DNA of 63,455 bases, counting the filler, from Intoshia linei (Eukaryota; Animalia; Orthonectida): assembly GCA_001642005.1 (NCBI GenBank). It is 10 parts of 10 records of this genome, joined end to end, with 100 filler letters (N's around TTAATTAATTAA, not from the genome) between each part and the next. Parts side by side here need not be neighbours in the genome. Positions count along the whole stretch, not along the records: positions 62,027 to 63,455 come from LWCA01002618.1; 9 more parts are not named here. The stretch is one strand, 5' to 3'. The translations under genes and the position numbers were made by a program. The notes beneath the pieces were generated by a model. It did not search any database and was not told the origin of the DNA. It saw only the letters and a program-made list of their open reading frames with translations. Within the stretch, counting starts at the first letter, position 1; every line of letters starts with the position of its first letter. Positions 63,117 to 63,455 of the stretch are shown one piece after another.

Positions 63117-63455
63117 GTAATATATTTCTAGAAACTGATGTTAACAATATTTTTATTTTTTGATAATTTTATTTCATTTTGTTGATAAAAATGATTGGAT
63201 CGCATATTTAGAATTAAATTCATATAGTTAGAATATAACAGTGGTCTCAAGTTAAAAAATGTTAGCCTTTCAGTGTTTAGTCATTTTCAAAGTAAAACTA
63301 TTCTTAACTTTATATTGACTTAATTATTTCCCCAGTTTTTTCAAACATTAAATAGTATTTTATGTATTTGTAATAGTGTGTTCAACTTTTTAAAAGTACT
63401 ATTACCGACAACCATTAACTTTTGCCTATCAGTGCCGTCCATATTTGATGTGCAA

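Noticed and set aside
1-63455. tRNA, rRNA, CRISPR arrays or prokaryotic defence systems
   Set aside because: None was recognised by eye and the sequence is eukaryotic. A tRNAscan/Infernal run would be needed to exclude small RNA genes.

Overview
Very AT-rich animal nuclear DNA. Introns are mostly 35-45 nt GT-AG, with a few multi-kb introns filled with transposons. That compact style suggests a reduced parasitic invertebrate such as an orthonectid (inference only). The window is about 10 contigs joined by artificial 100-nt linkers (44 N + TTAATTAATTAA + 44 N), so adjacency across linkers is not trustworthy. Hand-splicing recovers many genes the ORF track misses: RAP1GDS1/SmgGDS-like (-), ERAL1 (+), a small ACBP (-), ARFGEF/BIG Sec7 (+), FoxP (+), a C3orf20/FAM194-domain gene (+), the 3' part of mitochondrial IleRS IARS2 (-), intronless PRPF6 (-), SUMO (-), the 5' part of CFAP69 (-), a ThrRS pseudogene (-), and a signal-peptide histidine acid phosphatase homologue (+). 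The rest is Tc1/Tc3, Tigger/pogo, hAT, hATm, IS630/TRT-like, gypsy, piggyBac-end and Helitron-like debris plus several MITE families. Most notable: (1) the complete intronless spliceosomal gene PRPF6 is nested on the SAME strand inside one IARS2 intron, with a hATm element 82 bp upstream of its ATG and its putative poly(A) signal about 100 nt from the host 3' splice site; (2) the acid phosphatase homologue has Cys in place of the catalytic His (RCGNRTP); (3) a palindromic MITE family makes 7-bp target duplications. All gene identities are from recalled family motifs, not database searches.
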